From a virus (taxonomy: Duplodnaviria; Caudoviricetes): a DNA stretch of 64,000 nucleotides. The stretch lies in IMG/VR virus record IMGVR_UViG_3300047539_000055; one strand, written 5' to 3'. Under the pieces are notes generated by a model. It ran no database searches. It was not told the origin of the DNA and saw only the letters and a program-made list of their open reading frames with translations. Of this stretch, positions 44,001-54,804 are shown one piece after another (position 1 is the stretch's first letter; the number at the start of each line of letters is the position of its first letter). The translations under genes and the position numbers were made by a program.

Positions 44001-46804
44001 CAAACACTGTTTATGGTGTATGTGGATTGATTGGCAATATTTGCTAATGGTTGACTAATATTTCCATACTGATATAACGTTTCTGTTTCACCGCTGTTTG
44101 GACTAAAAAATGGAACGCCATCAATTGCTACAGCGATTGGGCCGGATGTATCTGGAACTGTGTCGTATTTGATATTTCTGGTTATTGGAATTTTGACAAA
44201 TCCAAACTGCCAATTTTGTGGGGTGGATTCCATTGTTGGATATTGTGGAATACCATCGCTCTTGATATAGCAAGAATTTCCATAAGATGAAACACCAACA
44301 TATTTTTGGAACGGACTCAAAGGGAGTTGTGTATTCAACTTTGAATTTGGAGAAAATTCATATACTATGTTAGCATAATTTGAGTCATATTGAGATGGAA
44401 TATCAAAGTCATTTGCTCCAATATTTCCATAATCATTACTAGTAAAGGTGTCACGAAATTCACGAACGCGAATATGAAACGGCAATGTTTCGCTCACAAA
44501 ATCTTCAATGGATGATTGATTGTCCGGAGAGAAAGTTCCTTGAATATCAAGATTACGATTGTTGTAATCAACTGTGACAAAACTGGTTTTGAATAACCAA
44601 TCAAGATTCTGATTTTCAAACAAGATGTAATTGAGAATGGAATAGAAACCATCATCGGCTGATGCGGTTAGTATATCACTCCCCACAAAAATAGTGTCAT
44701 TCAAAATTTGTGTGATGAATCGGATTGCCAAATATGGATCATTATCAAATGGTTGACTGTCAAATGGTTGATTGTCAAACCCAATGTCACTTGATAAGAA
44801 ATCATATAGATTGGGCAAGAATTGAATCGTTCCGTTTTGAATATAGATCGGGTCAAGTTCAGTTACGGCAGGGTCAATATCATTTATGACCGCCAAAAAT
44901 ATTACTTGATTGCCATTTCCGTTATTGAGGATTTGAACAATGTCTCCTGCAACATAAGTGATAAAAGATAATTCTCCTGGATTGTTCAAAACATAAGTTG
45001 GAGAAGCATCGGTATAATTTACACTGTACCAATCAGTATATTCCCAATTATTTGCCAAATTGTATGTTTGATATTGCGCAAGTTGCCATACTCCATCAAC
45101 AATAGCCACAATGCTCCATGCTGGTGGGGTTAGAGTATCATCTTGTGTAAGCAAAATGCGGTAATTTTCTGGATACAAAGAAGAATCAAGTTCATCTAAC
45201 ACAGAGCGATCAGAAATTTGCTCGTTGAAACCGCTTGTTGGTAACGGATCGGATGCACTCAATGCCGAGATTACTGCTGTTGTTGCAATTGCAATGTTTG
45301 CTAATTGCTGATTGACTATTGAGAAGTAAATATCTAACGCAGTGGATCGGTTTACAAACAACGATTGAACTGGATTGTTGAGAATTCCAGTTTGTTGATT
45401 GGTTGGAAGTGTAAAATCGGGCACAAGTTGATTTGTTGTGGATACACCACTAAGACTGTCAATTAATTTTGGATAAATTGATGTTGTATACCACGACTTG
45501 GTGCCATCATTACTGATTAGTGCAAATTCGTTGTGCAATTGATTGTTGGCGGATTCAGTAACATAATCAATGTGTAAAATTACTGTGTTGTTGGATACAA
45601 ATTGATTGATATTCCAAACTGCCACGGCATTAGTATCAATGGCGGTTATCATTGGTATTCCGGAATCTGGAATATTGCTAACATCAGCAATCAATTCTGC
45701 TGTTGTTTGATTATGTAATGGACTTGCCGAATCTTTAGCAAAAACCCAAAAACCATATTGATTAGTAACCAAATCATAGGTGTATGAAATTGTCGGATCA
45801 ATAACAAATCCATTGGCGGCATTGCTTGTGTATTGTACAGGAGGTACAGAGCTATTCACCCATTCAAAAATTTGAATAGCTGAGTTTGGAAACCAAGTGT
45901 TCCAATTCTGTGCGCGTTCGGACAAAGTTCCTAGTTGGGCATTTACTGCTTTTAGATTTGTGGTATTAAACCAAGTTCTTCCAATTTGATTTGCTCCCCA
46001 TTTGGTGATCCCTTCAGTATTGACAGATGGTTGAGAAGTTACTAAAAGCCATAGGGAAGAACTAAACATACTTCCGCTTTTTCCAGAATACAGTGCTTGA
46101 TAAATTTGTCCACCATATAGAACTCGGTTACCAATTGCATAAACAGTTCCGGGAATCCATGGTAGAATGTTGTAACAAGCTGGGTCAATATCACAAACGA
46201 AATCAAGTTCACTACTAATAGTGCCAGGTAAGATTCCAGCATAAATGTCAACGACTTCTAAATCAGCCAATTTGATTTGCGTGACAGAATCGTAAATCCA
46301 AGCTTGACTAATACTTCCTGAATCAAGTCGCTGTTCTTGTGCAGTAAATACTGTCCAACCATGTGTCAATGATGGGTTATTAAAAATTTTGATAGCGCTA
46401 TCTGGATTTCCTGCATCTGCAAGAAATAGATTATCAATGGCACCGGCATAAACAACATTGGTATTATAAATTCCGGTAATTGGTATTGTTGTAACAGGCA
46501 CCGTCTTTAGAATATCTGATGGTGAATTAATCCATTCTCTGTTGGTTTTGAGAATCTGATATACATCAATTTTTTGACTGAATGATGTAGAAATATCTCC
46601 AAATTGGGTTCCATCTCCATCAAAATATGTTGCATCTGATAATTTAATATCATCACTCACAAAAGGAGAGTCAATGTTGCTAACAATAGAAAATAAATCA
46701 TTGCTTAACCAATTAACTTTCTGACCAAATTGCAGTGCCGCAGAATCCGTGGGAGACACAGAATCTATGAGTACGAATTGGCTAGTGAGAGATGAGGAAA
46801 TCAT
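41051..46804 (-). CDS. Large baseplate/tail structural protein with YHYH-like, Ig-like repeat and LamG domains
   Basis: DWLFKTSF, PFH.RVRE, HSPLIGYAWDG.PIYGP, LD.CNGRF, FTLEFF...GYMDEIRLT motifs. Confidence 0.75.
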   Translation of the reverse strand: MISSSLTSQFVLIDSVSPTDSAALQFGQKVNWLSNDLFSIVSNIDSPFVSDDIKLSDATYFDGDGTQFGDISTSFSQKIDVYQILKTNREWINSPSDILKTVPVTTIPITGIYNTNVVYAGAIDNLFLADAGNPDSAIKIFNNPSLTHGWTVFTAQEQRLDSGSISQAWIYDSVTQIKLADLEVVDIYAGILPGTISSELDFVCDIDPACYNILPWIPGTVYAIGNRVLYGGQIYQALYSGKSGSMFSSSLWLLVTSQPSVNTEGITKWGANQIGRTWFNTTNLKAVNAQLGTLSERAQNWNTWFPNSAIQIFEWVNSSVPPVQYTSNAANGFVIDPTISYTYDLVTNQYGFWVFAKDSASPLHNQTTAELIADVSNIPDSGIPMITAIDTNAVAVWNINQFVSNNTVILHIDYVTESANNQLHNEFALISNDGTKSWYTTSIYPKLIDSLSGVSTTNQLVPDFTLPTNQQTGILNNPVQSLFVNRSTALDIYFSIVNQQLANIAIATTAVISALSASDPLPTSGFNEQISDRSVLDELDSSLYPENYRILLTQDDTLTPPAWSIVAIVDGVWQLAQYQTYNLANNWEYTDWYSVNYTDASPTYVLNNPGELSFITYVAGDIVQILNNGNGNQVIFLAVINDIDPAVTELDPIYIQNGTIQFLPNLYDFLSSDIGFDNQPFDSQPFDNDPYLAIRFITQILNDTIFVGSDILTASADDGFYSILNYILFENQNLDWLFKTSFVTVDYNNRNLDIQGTFSPDNQSSIEDFVSETLPFHIRVREFRDTFTSNDYGNIGANDFDIPSQYDSNYANIVYEFSPNSKLNTQLPLSPFQKYVGVSSYGNSCYIKSDGIPQYPTMESTPQNWQFGFVKIPITRNIKYDTVPDTSGPIAVAIDGVPFFSPNSGETETLYQYGNISQPLANIANQSTYTINSVWEAQANDLDPGAGFTNINGAYEYLTYPYILANSAPNNSPITGVQDTPRGVLDGFNDTFVLNYVAADPNSLLLSLDGVVLTQNEDYTLVGQVVTFFIPPMAGLILTAYYDYGVTIPVGLVEIIPTGILDDVNTIFTLPSLPSPALGLKVFYNGLLQSPIAPTSDYTLTGNTITCNVAPISTGSILAQYRLSTFVSPYTYADAITPTGAVDGVNYTFTLPNSPDFIELFYNGQLLISGEDFTIVGNTITYLVPPILNSINLAYYAYNLIELHSPLIGYAWDGGPIYGPDGYLNANGSGGVITNTTSYTLSSVPRLDKTGQPIINGLQMAVYATPTGEYIEDFVYVPNLGTLDDCNGRFVATPEYPAGVYAYFATVNPANSSIPLYPYIVGPCYNSKPFGLRYTYIDGVNTPVYLNGNVSIPLTPFIDTIDLVRSPDGSIVTDILTLQEPVYASWNNNHTYSIENLLVERTGSGYLDLLSDIVITPTNNASAVVSGLQMVSTNLIASGNSYVNGEILAIVGGTYGNAALIQVSNVNVAAGNSIIAFTSNINVANVNSNIVFTLPSSQEYTVLPSNLANVATTSLTGNGSGAILNVAFGIESVTTVNGGNLFTFTPSVVVIDANATTPATVYPELTNGLVRQISTTLSFARVNTSPYPGVFVDAGTFTGSYPVPTGTIFDSNDATAGQTSLNISWRPELISDTSLSTEYSRFGNTSGIFNTFTDQYIIANIASPDLNTLSINANNFTLEFFMNFSNITSNLSVILDTRANVSSHSGLVVFCENGNLCIGSNSSVAIINTGTPFVTNDWEYITLQGNSGNLYAYMNGELVGSSIANANANIASYNFTDYNLTLGADVGGGNVCTGYMDEIRLTTDFNRYIPGIINIDIPAQAFPRSLAVDPYLLPQYTPLLWGFESLDNESKTNISFISVNAQTLISDLSWNQKKLQLVNYGANLVVDSTTINIIENPQTSEILVVKLNLAIPPPGPS

Positions 46805-46812
46805 ACTAATAT

Positions 46813-49800
46813 TTATGCGCCTAAAAGTCCGATTCCGGACGATTGTAAGACTGAATCAATGTTGAGAACTAGGTTTGAATTTTGAATTGAGGCATTTATG
46901 CCAGTATATCCACTTATTGCGTTAATGGCATTTATCAGACCAATTACTGTGGAGGTTGCTGGGGTACAAACCCATCCGTTAATCATAAATGGAATGGTAG
47001 AGAGACTCAAATCTATCAAAGGAATAATTTTGGTGCTGGTAATGGCTGTATCCAAGGCATAAAAGTATCCTGTTCCTTTGTTGAACTGATTGCCGATGGT
47101 GGTATTTGTGCTACCCACTACTAATTGATTATTTTCAATGGCAACGCTAGTGCCAAATCCGCTGTCTGTTGTATTAGGTGCCGAAATAACCTGATCTACA
47201 TTAAAACAATAGCCTTGGAATTCAATTAGTGTACCTGCACTAACTGCGACGTGCGCAGATTGTGGTACTGGAAGACCATTTATCAATACACTAGTAATGG
47301 TTTCAAATGTATTGATTGGTGTTGCATAACCACTTGCATTTGCATATTGATTTTCTGTGACGCGAGAGAAAATTACTACATTTCCAGAGCCAACCGCAGG
47401 TGCCCCTACAGCAAGTAAAGTCCCTGTGGAATCGCACGCGATAGATGCGCCAAATTGACTTCCTGCCCCAAATTGTGAAAGACCGAAAGCTATAGGATTC
47501 AATGTTCCTTGATATTGATAAAATGATGGCAAACCAGTTACCGTAAAGGTATGATTTGGATCACCAACATAAGTTGTTCCTGCATGTACGCCATTGATAT
47601 TGATTACATTGCCAGCAACAGTGTATTCATAACTTGGTATCAGTACTCGCTTAGAGTAATCAATATTATCGGTGATAAGCACTGTGATGGCATATTCATT
47701 TGGAATTACGTGATTGACTGTAATGGATGTATTGGCTACATGCCCAGTTATTGAATAATTTGGGAACCATGATTGCCCAACATTTGCATTGGTTTGTAAA
47801 GCATATACTGCAATTTGCGAGACTCCACTAGAAAATTCTTCAACAGCATATAACCAATTTCCATCTGCGCTTACTGCTAATCCATTGATTTGATATGAAG
47901 ATGAAGTGTTTCCGTTAAGTATTTGCGCAACTGATGGAGCGCTTCGAGAATTATTGCGACATATATAGATTTGTGATGGAATGCCACTGGTATCTGCCGT
48001 TGCCGCCGCGAAATTATTGGCAGCAACAGTAATTCTTCCCAAATTGAAAGAGTTTGGATTTTGTGGCTGTAAAATGTAAACGACAGTATCAATGGTCGGC
48101 AACACATTTCCAATAGATATGATATCCGGAGCAACGATTCGTAATTCAACAACTCCAGAAGGTGCATAATTTGGTTTTCCGCTCCATAGCAGTTGATTTG
48201 GACTATCATATGCCAACGAATTTATAGCGATTCCACCACTAACACCTGTATATGTAATTTCTGTTTGATATGGAACGGTTAGATCATATGCCGCTTCTCC
48301 GGTGACATCATTGACAACATATTGGGTGCTATCTCCAGATATGATATCCCCCTCGGCAATACTATCAGATCGTAAACTACGAGAAACATAGATATCACTG
48401 GTTGGAACAGGGTTTGGATAATTTACAAACACATTTCCAAATTGATTTGGTGATGTGATGATAGATAGATTTGAATATCCAATGGTGTTAGCTGTTATGA
48501 ACGGAGCGATGAAATAATCATTCACTACGAATGAACCAGAGATGGATATATTAGCACCAACATCGGTATAGTCAATGACTATGATACTATTTGCAGTTAC
48601 ACCAATGTTGTTGGATAAAATGAAACTGATAGTATTGGCATTGAGTTGAGTAATGGATGCAATTGCTGTACTGGCCGCACTAAAAATGATAACATCCCAT
48701 TGGTTTGGTCCGGGAGCCAGAGGATTGTTTTCAATCCAAAAACTTCCACCATTTTCGGCAATCTTCAATACACTATCTTGAGGAGCAGCAGTCATCAAAT
48801 CTAATGTTGGGAAGAACAAATATGGTTCATCTGTTTTGATGAAACTTGGAATAGTATTTTGCGCTGCTGCAATGAATGCCTGTGGAATTACTGGACCTCC
48901 GCTTGTAAAACTGCTGGTTTCCAAAACCAAGTTGCCATAGTATTGAATCAAGTCATTGTTCCAATTGGCAGATTTTTCATACAAATTGTGCGGTGTAACT
49001 TGAATACTGTTAGAATCAGCAGAATTTGGAGATGATACAAATGAAATAATCAAAGGATTTTGTGTATTGATGATCGGTGGTAAACTAACATCACCATATC
49101 CAGTTCGTAGATCACTGCCATAAACACCAACTTTCATAGCATATTCTTCATTGACTTCCACAACTGTATTGAGTTGAGGAGTTGAACCGCGACCATAACT
49201 ATTCAATGAATTAAGAGAACCCTTTTCTTTGATCCATCCCTTGTAAAAATCAGTTTGACCGCCAAGATCAATATCCAAAATAGTCAACCAATCTCGTTCA
49301 ATATAACCAATTGTGTTATTACGAAGATTGACCAAATCAGTTAGAAATGGTCGGTAGTTGATGTTGTAAGAATTTACATAGTCAATAGATTTCAAAGACA
49401 AATTTGGTAGAATGCTATTTGTGAAAGTGGTTGATATCAATTGGAATTGCCCATATTGAAAAGTTGTGGCTCCAATTACATCTTGTGTTGCCACATAGTT
49501 GTTATTCTTCCATTGAACTAAACTTCCATATAGATAGTCTTTATTTGGTATCCATGCTTGAACAGAATCGGTGCAAATCAAGAATCCTGGACTATCCAGA
49601 GTTCCATCCCAATTGGCACTCTTTTGTCCAGAAAATGTAACACGAATTTGACGAACACCAGAAATTGGATCATAGATTGTGTCATCAAATGCTGTTATGT
49701 TATCAAAGATAACACGATGCTCGTAACTAACAATATCAGCGGCAACACAGGCAAAAATTCCGCCGCCTTGATGCGTTATGGTGACCGCATTATTGTCACG

Positions 49801-52800
49801 ATATACATCTAAGAATTGTGGACCAACTACGGTGCTATTTACATCCAACACTAAACTACCAAGTGGATCGGTAAGATCATACAAGGTGCCTGATGTTGCA
49901 TTATAATTGATGATGGATGCACTTGGATTTAGAACCAACGAGAACGGAATTGCCACATTCCAATCGGTAAGACTCCATTTGATAAATTGAATTGCTGCGC
50001 CTTGCCAATCAACTTGTGTTTGTGAAACATTGTTATCAAAGGTAATGCCATTGGCAGTTAGAAAATTTTCATAACCAGCAATGAAATTTACAGCGCTTTG
50101 CACATCAGGAAAAATGGTATTGTATGGAACAATTTCTGGTACTAATGCAAACGACGCTGGATATTTGAAGAAATTTGGAGCAACGCCAATTTGAACAGCA
50201 GGTCCATAAATATTTGCTGGATAAATTGTAAAGAATGGATTGACACGATTGTATCCAGAAACTTGATATCCACCATTTGATGCTGTATTGATTGTCAAAC
50301 CGCTGTAGTTGATAGTTCCTGTTGGTGTGCTTTGATTCAAAAATAGAGTATAATCGTGAACTGGAATTAGTTCAGCGGCTCCAACATCGGCTGGATTGTT
50401 AGGAGAGCCATAAACAGTAAGATCATTTGGATCGGAATAGCCGCCCAATGGATACATAAGTTGAACTGTCGTGTTGCTGATAGCTTCGCGTAATTGTGCA
50501 GGAGATTGCCCTTGACGACGAAGATATTCAATGCTATAATTCAAAATACTGTTGACAAGAGCGGTTCCATTATCATCAACACTATTCAAAGTAACTTGGT
50601 TGATGCTTCCAAGATAGTTATTTTGATATCTGAATTGATCAAAGCCCACAGTTGGCAAATAGTTATTTGTATCCCACAATACTCCACACATAAACAAAGG
50701 ATTTTGAAGAATCTGAGCACGAAGTTTTGCAAATGGATAGACACTGCTTCGTCTCCAAGCTTCTTCTGAAGGGCCATCGTCACCAAATACAAAATCATAG
50801 GAAGCCGCACTATCGTTGAATACACCTACTACGCTTTCGTTTGGATCAAGCAAGTTTCCAGAACTATCTACTGGAATTACTGATGTTACCGTGTTGGTTC
50901 CAAATGTTTTTGAACCAAAAGTGCTATAACGAATACCAGCAGGATCACGAATAATTCCGATTGCGATATCATCCCATAGATTGGAGTTTGCACCGGTCCA
51001 TGGTTCTGGTCCGTAAGTAGATTCCCACCAAGTTGGTTTGATTGTTATACCGAGTGCTTCCCATGGTTTGTTGTTTACATATTCAGTGTCATAGAACCAA
51101 CGATAGATGCCTCTCCAATATCCAAGAAGTTTTTGTTGATCGCTCAACTTGTCAAGACTGCTACTCCAATTCCAAGTGAACAAATCATCAATGTCATAAA
51201 AACTATTCAGGTAGTTGATATTGTATTCTGATGCCCATTCATAGAACATACGCTGTTGAATAGTCAATAATTCGGATGGAGTGTATGGCGCAATGGAAGC
51301 ATTTGCACCTGCTTGCTCACTGCGCCACCTTCCACCATTCGGAACATGCGATTGAATGATGTCAGATAGAAATTGGTTGTTTACTTTGAGATTGTTGAAG
51401 ACTCGTAGTTCATAATCTAAAATCAGGTTATCACGATAATCACCATAGCAAGTTGTGATACTACCATCGTGTCCTTGAATGACTGGTCGAGGAGTTTGGT
51501 AAGTATAGTCAGTATAAATCTGTGGGACATACGATTGTGCCAATCCAAGTTTTGTTGGAGTTGCTGGAATATAGTTACCAGTGGTATTAGCAATTTCATA
51601 AATGGAAATAATATCTCCAAGACTCAATGCAGTGATCATTGTCAATATATTTCCAGATACGCTGTAATCCAAGCCGAGAATCAATTGAACATTGTTCAAA
51701 TAGATTTGTAATTCTTGAAGATTTGGCTGAGTCCAATTGTATGTTTGCTGTAAATTGAAAGTCATCAAATGAGTATTGCTAACCGTGATGGTATTGTTGA
51801 TTCCTCCCCAATAGCACATATCACTTGTGGCCCATGGCTGTTCAGAAATGTAAGTTGACGCAACCTTTTGAAGTATTAGATCAACTGCTTGTTTGGCTGG
51901 CATCAAACCGATATTGACAAGTTGTGATGTCATATTGACAAAACGCTGTTTGAATAAAGTGTAATCATCAGATGCAGTTCTCAATGCTTGATCAATGTTA
52001 AAATTGTTATTACACAATAATACTGTTGGAAGCATACTAATTGCTTCTTGAAATAGCATACTTCCTGGGACACCTTGATATTCATTCAAAAATAGATTTA
52101 CGATTCCGGTGATATCATTTGTATTATTTTGTGCTGTTGACGCATGTAAGCGAAGTTGACCCATATTAACAGTGTCAAGCATCTCACCAAGTGGATTATG
52201 ATCAAATGCAGGAGGAACATCATAATAGGCACCTGGTATTGGAGTGCTACTCAAAATTTTAATGAAAACAGTATCAGTAACAGCTACCCCGTTCACAATG
52301 ACAATCGTTATTTTGTTGTTAGTCTGTGTAACAGTAAATGCACTCGGTGCTAATTGAGTGCCATTCACAAAAACTTGTGTTGCTTGTGAATTTCCGGTGG
52401 ATTTGATTAAGAGATTTCCTGTAAAGCTAATATTTGCAGTGCCTACAGATAGATAGTTTTGATACAATTCAAGATTGCTTAATGTGTATTGCCACGAATC
52501 AAAAATTGATTCCACATATGATAATGGGTTAATACTATGTGCGCGGCCATTGAGAATTTGAACTGGTGTAGAAATACCTCCATAAGAAAAGGTATCGGTT
52601 ACATAGTTATGTTGGAAAATGACATCGTTGAGATTTCCAACCGGTCCATATGTAAGTGGGAACCCAAGCACTGAATCATCAGCACCACTTCCTATTTCAT
52701 AGGAAAATAGTTCGCTGCCAATAAAACTCGAATCAGAATATATTGCAAAATTACCAAAACTAACGCCATTCATATCAAACACATCAAAAAGAGGAGCCTG

Positions 52801-54747
52801 ATTGATTTCGGTTTTGTTTTGTGCTGCAACTACCCAATTTGTATTATTCCATACAACCATTTGATTTGAGTATGCTTGACCTCCGGTAATCAAAACACAA
52901 TTATCATATTGTGCAGTGTCTCGTAACACAAGTTGAGCAACCGGAATAACTGGGCTTTGTATCCATTTAGACCAGCATTGATAGAACAATTCATCTGATG
53001 GAACTGGTGCTTGTGCATAAGTAATTGTTGTTCCAGAAAGAGTATAGCCAACACCTTCCACTAGTGGAAAATTGTTCCAAACAAGCAATGTGCTATCATC
53101 TGGTGGTGTTGGAATTGTGAATACACAATTTACACTATTTTTTACACCAGCGGGAACGCCAGTAATTGCACTGGTAACCGGGGCGTTTCCAAGAGGCCAC
53201 GCTTGAAAAGATAGTGTGTCGGTAACTAAAGGAGCATTGACAAATGTAACTGTTGAGCCAGATAGCGTGTATCCAACTGTTGGTATCATTGGGAAGTTAT
53301 CCCATACAAGTAATGTATTTGGGTCTGGAGTTATTGGAAGAGTATACACCAATGGATTTGATGTTGGTATCAATGAGCCAATAACTGGGTTGTTTACAAT
53401 GTTGGCAGGAGTGAAAATATAATAGGTTTGCTTATAGAAAATACCGTATAATACCAGCACGCCAATTTGTTCATTGCCAGTAAAATCACTTGCTTTAGTC
53501 CAAGCTAATTTAGAGGCAACATAGATTCCATTTTGAGAGGCATCTGTTTGTCCAAGAACAAGAATACGATCCCCGACTTGCGTAATGTATCCGTCAATTG
53601 TTTGTAAGGCATTCAGTGTAATGTTGAATGCCGATAATGCTTGAACAGGATACAATCTAGGAATTTGAACAAGTCTAGTGGTATCAACAAAGTTAACATC
53701 ATACACATTTTGTCGAATGAATGGATTGTGATCTGCATTGAAGATAACAGAATCCCCATCATTCAATTGATATCCATCACATGCAAAATTAATTTGTCCT
53801 TGAATGACATAAAAGGCATCGGTGGTGGAATTGTCAAAATATGTTGCGGCTGACAAACCAATTTTTCCAGAATTGAATAGAACCAACGGAGTAAATTCAA
53901 TAATTGGACGTTTTGCCAAATCAAATACGGTTGGAACCACAAAATCATTATTCTGTGCGGCAAGTATGGCCACAATGCTATTGACAGTGTTTTTATGAAC
54001 CCATAGATTGGTTCTGGCCCATAGATTCAAGTCAATTGCATTTCTTGCAATGGTTAGATAATCTGGTGGGTTATTTTGATCAGATACAAAGTTTGGTGTG
54101 ATGATATTTGAAACTGGAACCAATGTGATTTCCAATCCAACCCCTTCCACAATATAGCTTGTACCATAATTGTAAATAGAGGTTTCATTGTTTGGGAAGG
54201 AAATGATCATTCCATCCAACAGGGCAATACCAGTTGGATCGGTATATTGAACTTGTCCTAATATATCAGTTTCAACTGAATTGGTTGGTTGAATGAGGAT
54301 GCTGTTATTCCAATACCACTCAGTTGGAATTTCTGTGGTACTTATAGTAGAAAGCCAGCAATAATTTTGATAATTGATGATTTTGTCAAAATCAAAGAAT
54401 CCCTGCCAACTGTACATATTGCTGGTGAGTAGTCTATTCCAAGAAGAAGTTACTGCATCTTTGTTTGCACTGGCATTGAGAAGATCAAGGAAATTAGAAA
54501 CTGCTGTGACATTTTGGTTTGCATCTGTTGTGACAAAAGCCGCTTCTAATTGATAATTTTGTCTTATTGGTGTGGATTCCAGAAGATAATTTCCGGTAAG
54601 AACCTCTCCATCATATACCATACGACCAATATAACCATTGAATCTGGTTAATGCTGGTTTGGCAGTCAGCAAATCAAGCGTTGATTGTAAAAACCGCTTG
54701 TTTGCTACAGTTTGAAGATACGGTGGTAAAAAGTTGGCAGTTGACAT
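46813..54747 (-). CDS. Very large baseplate wedge-type structural protein (2644 aa)
   Basis: FLP..LQT..N.RFL..TLD, R.NYQLE, WARTN.W.H, AKRPIIEF, FGDDGP.E.AWRRSS motifs; C-terminal FG-GAP-like propeller repeats. Confidence 0.75.
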   Translation of the reverse strand: MSTANFLPPYLQTVANKRFLQSTLDLLTAKPALTRFNGYIGRMVYDGEVLTGNYLLESTPIRQNYQLEAAFVTTDANQNVTAVSNFLDLLNASANKDAVTSSWNRLLTSNMYSWQGFFDFDKIINYQNYCWLSTISTTEIPTEWYWNNSILIQPTNSVETDILGQVQYTDPTGIALLDGMIISFPNNETSIYNYGTSYIVEGVGLEITLVPVSNIITPNFVSDQNNPPDYLTIARNAIDLNLWARTNLWVHKNTVNSIVAILAAQNNDFVVPTVFDLAKRPIIEFTPLVLFNSGKIGLSAATYFDNSTTDAFYVIQGQINFACDGYQLNDGDSVIFNADHNPFIRQNVYDVNFVDTTRLVQIPRLYPVQALSAFNITLNALQTIDGYITQVGDRILVLGQTDASQNGIYVASKLAWTKASDFTGNEQIGVLVLYGIFYKQTYYIFTPANIVNNPVIGSLIPTSNPLVYTLPITPDPNTLLVWDNFPMIPTVGYTLSGSTVTFVNAPLVTDTLSFQAWPLGNAPVTSAITGVPAGVKNSVNCVFTIPTPPDDSTLLVWNNFPLVEGVGYTLSGTTITYAQAPVPSDELFYQCWSKWIQSPVIPVAQLVLRDTAQYDNCVLITGGQAYSNQMVVWNNTNWVVAAQNKTEINQAPLFDVFDMNGVSFGNFAIYSDSSFIGSELFSYEIGSGADDSVLGFPLTYGPVGNLNDVIFQHNYVTDTFSYGGISTPVQILNGRAHSINPLSYVESIFDSWQYTLSNLELYQNYLSVGTANISFTGNLLIKSTGNSQATQVFVNGTQLAPSAFTVTQTNNKITIVIVNGVAVTDTVFIKILSSTPIPGAYYDVPPAFDHNPLGEMLDTVNMGQLRLHASTAQNNTNDITGIVNLFLNEYQGVPGSMLFQEAISMLPTVLLCNNNFNIDQALRTASDDYTLFKQRFVNMTSQLVNIGLMPAKQAVDLILQKVASTYISEQPWATSDMCYWGGINNTITVSNTHLMTFNLQQTYNWTQPNLQELQIYLNNVQLILGLDYSVSGNILTMITALSLGDIISIYEIANTTGNYIPATPTKLGLAQSYVPQIYTDYTYQTPRPVIQGHDGSITTCYGDYRDNLILDYELRVFNNLKVNNQFLSDIIQSHVPNGGRWRSEQAGANASIAPYTPSELLTIQQRMFYEWASEYNINYLNSFYDIDDLFTWNWSSSLDKLSDQQKLLGYWRGIYRWFYDTEYVNNKPWEALGITIKPTWWESTYGPEPWTGANSNLWDDIAIGIIRDPAGIRYSTFGSKTFGTNTVTSVIPVDSSGNLLDPNESVVGVFNDSAASYDFVFGDDGPSEEAWRRSSVYPFAKLRAQILQNPLFMCGVLWDTNNYLPTVGFDQFRYQNNYLGSINQVTLNSVDDNGTALVNSILNYSIEYLRRQGQSPAQLREAISNTTVQLMYPLGGYSDPNDLTVYGSPNNPADVGAAELIPVHDYTLFLNQSTPTGTINYSGLTINTASNGGYQVSGYNRVNPFFTIYPANIYGPAVQIGVAPNFFKYPASFALVPEIVPYNTIFPDVQSAVNFIAGYENFLTANGITFDNNVSQTQVDWQGAAIQFIKWSLTDWNVAIPFSLVLNPSASIINYNATSGTLYDLTDPLGSLVLDVNSTVVGPQFLDVYRDNNAVTITHQGGGIFACVAADIVSYEHRVIFDNITAFDDTIYDPISGVRQIRVTFSGQKSANWDGTLDSPGFLICTDSVQAWIPNKDYLYGSLVQWKNNNYVATQDVIGATTFQYGQFQLISTTFTNSILPNLSLKSIDYVNSYNINYRPFLTDLVNLRNNTIGYIERDWLTILDIDLGGQTDFYKGWIKEKGSLNSLNSYGRGSTPQLNTVVEVNEEYAMKVGVYGSDLRTGYGDVSLPPIINTQNPLIISFVSSPNSADSNSIQVTPHNLYEKSANWNNDLIQYYGNLVLETSSFTSGGPVIPQAFIAAAQNTIPSFIKTDEPYLFFPTLDLMTAAPQDSVLKIAENGGSFWIENNPLAPGPNQWDVIIFSAASTAIASITQLNANTISFILSNNIGVTANSIIVIDYTDVGANISISGSFVVNDYFIAPFITANTIGYSNLSIITSPNQFGNVFVNYPNPVPTSDIYVSRSLRSDSIAEGDIISGDSTQYVVNDVTGEAAYDLTVPYQTEITYTGVSGGIAINSLAYDSPNQLLWSGKPNYAPSGVVELRIVAPDIISIGNVLPTIDTVVYILQPQNPNSFNLGRITVAANNFAAATADTSGIPSQIYICRNNSRSAPSVAQILNGNTSSSYQINGLAVSADGNWLYAVEEFSSGVSQIAVYALQTNANVGQSWFPNYSITGHVANTSITVNHVIPNEYAITVLITDNIDYSKRVLIPSYEYTVAGNVININGVHAGTTYVGDPNHTFTVTGLPSFYQYQGTLNPIAFGLSQFGAGSQFGASIACDSTGTLLAVGAPAVGSGNVVIFSRVTENQYANASGYATPINTFETITSVLINGLPVPQSAHVAVSAGTLIEFQGYCFNVDQVISAPNTTDSGFGTSVAIENNQLVVGSTNTTIGNQFNKGTGYFYALDTAITSTKIIPLIDLSLSTIPFMINGWVCTPATSTVIGLINAINAISGYTGINASIQNSNLVLNIDSVLQSSGIGLLGA

Positions 54748-54788
54748 TTCTGGCGGATTCCTCTGTTGTATTTATCCGCCAGAAATGT
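54744..54788 (-). promoter_or_regulatory. Translation-blocking hairpin with an embedded late promoter
   Basis: 15-bp inverted repeat ACATTTCTGGCGGAT covers the ATG at 54747; TAAATA (54769-54774) and the SD lie in the loop. Confidence 0.75.
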
Positions 54789-54804
54789 GGTATTTACTCC
54801 TTCT

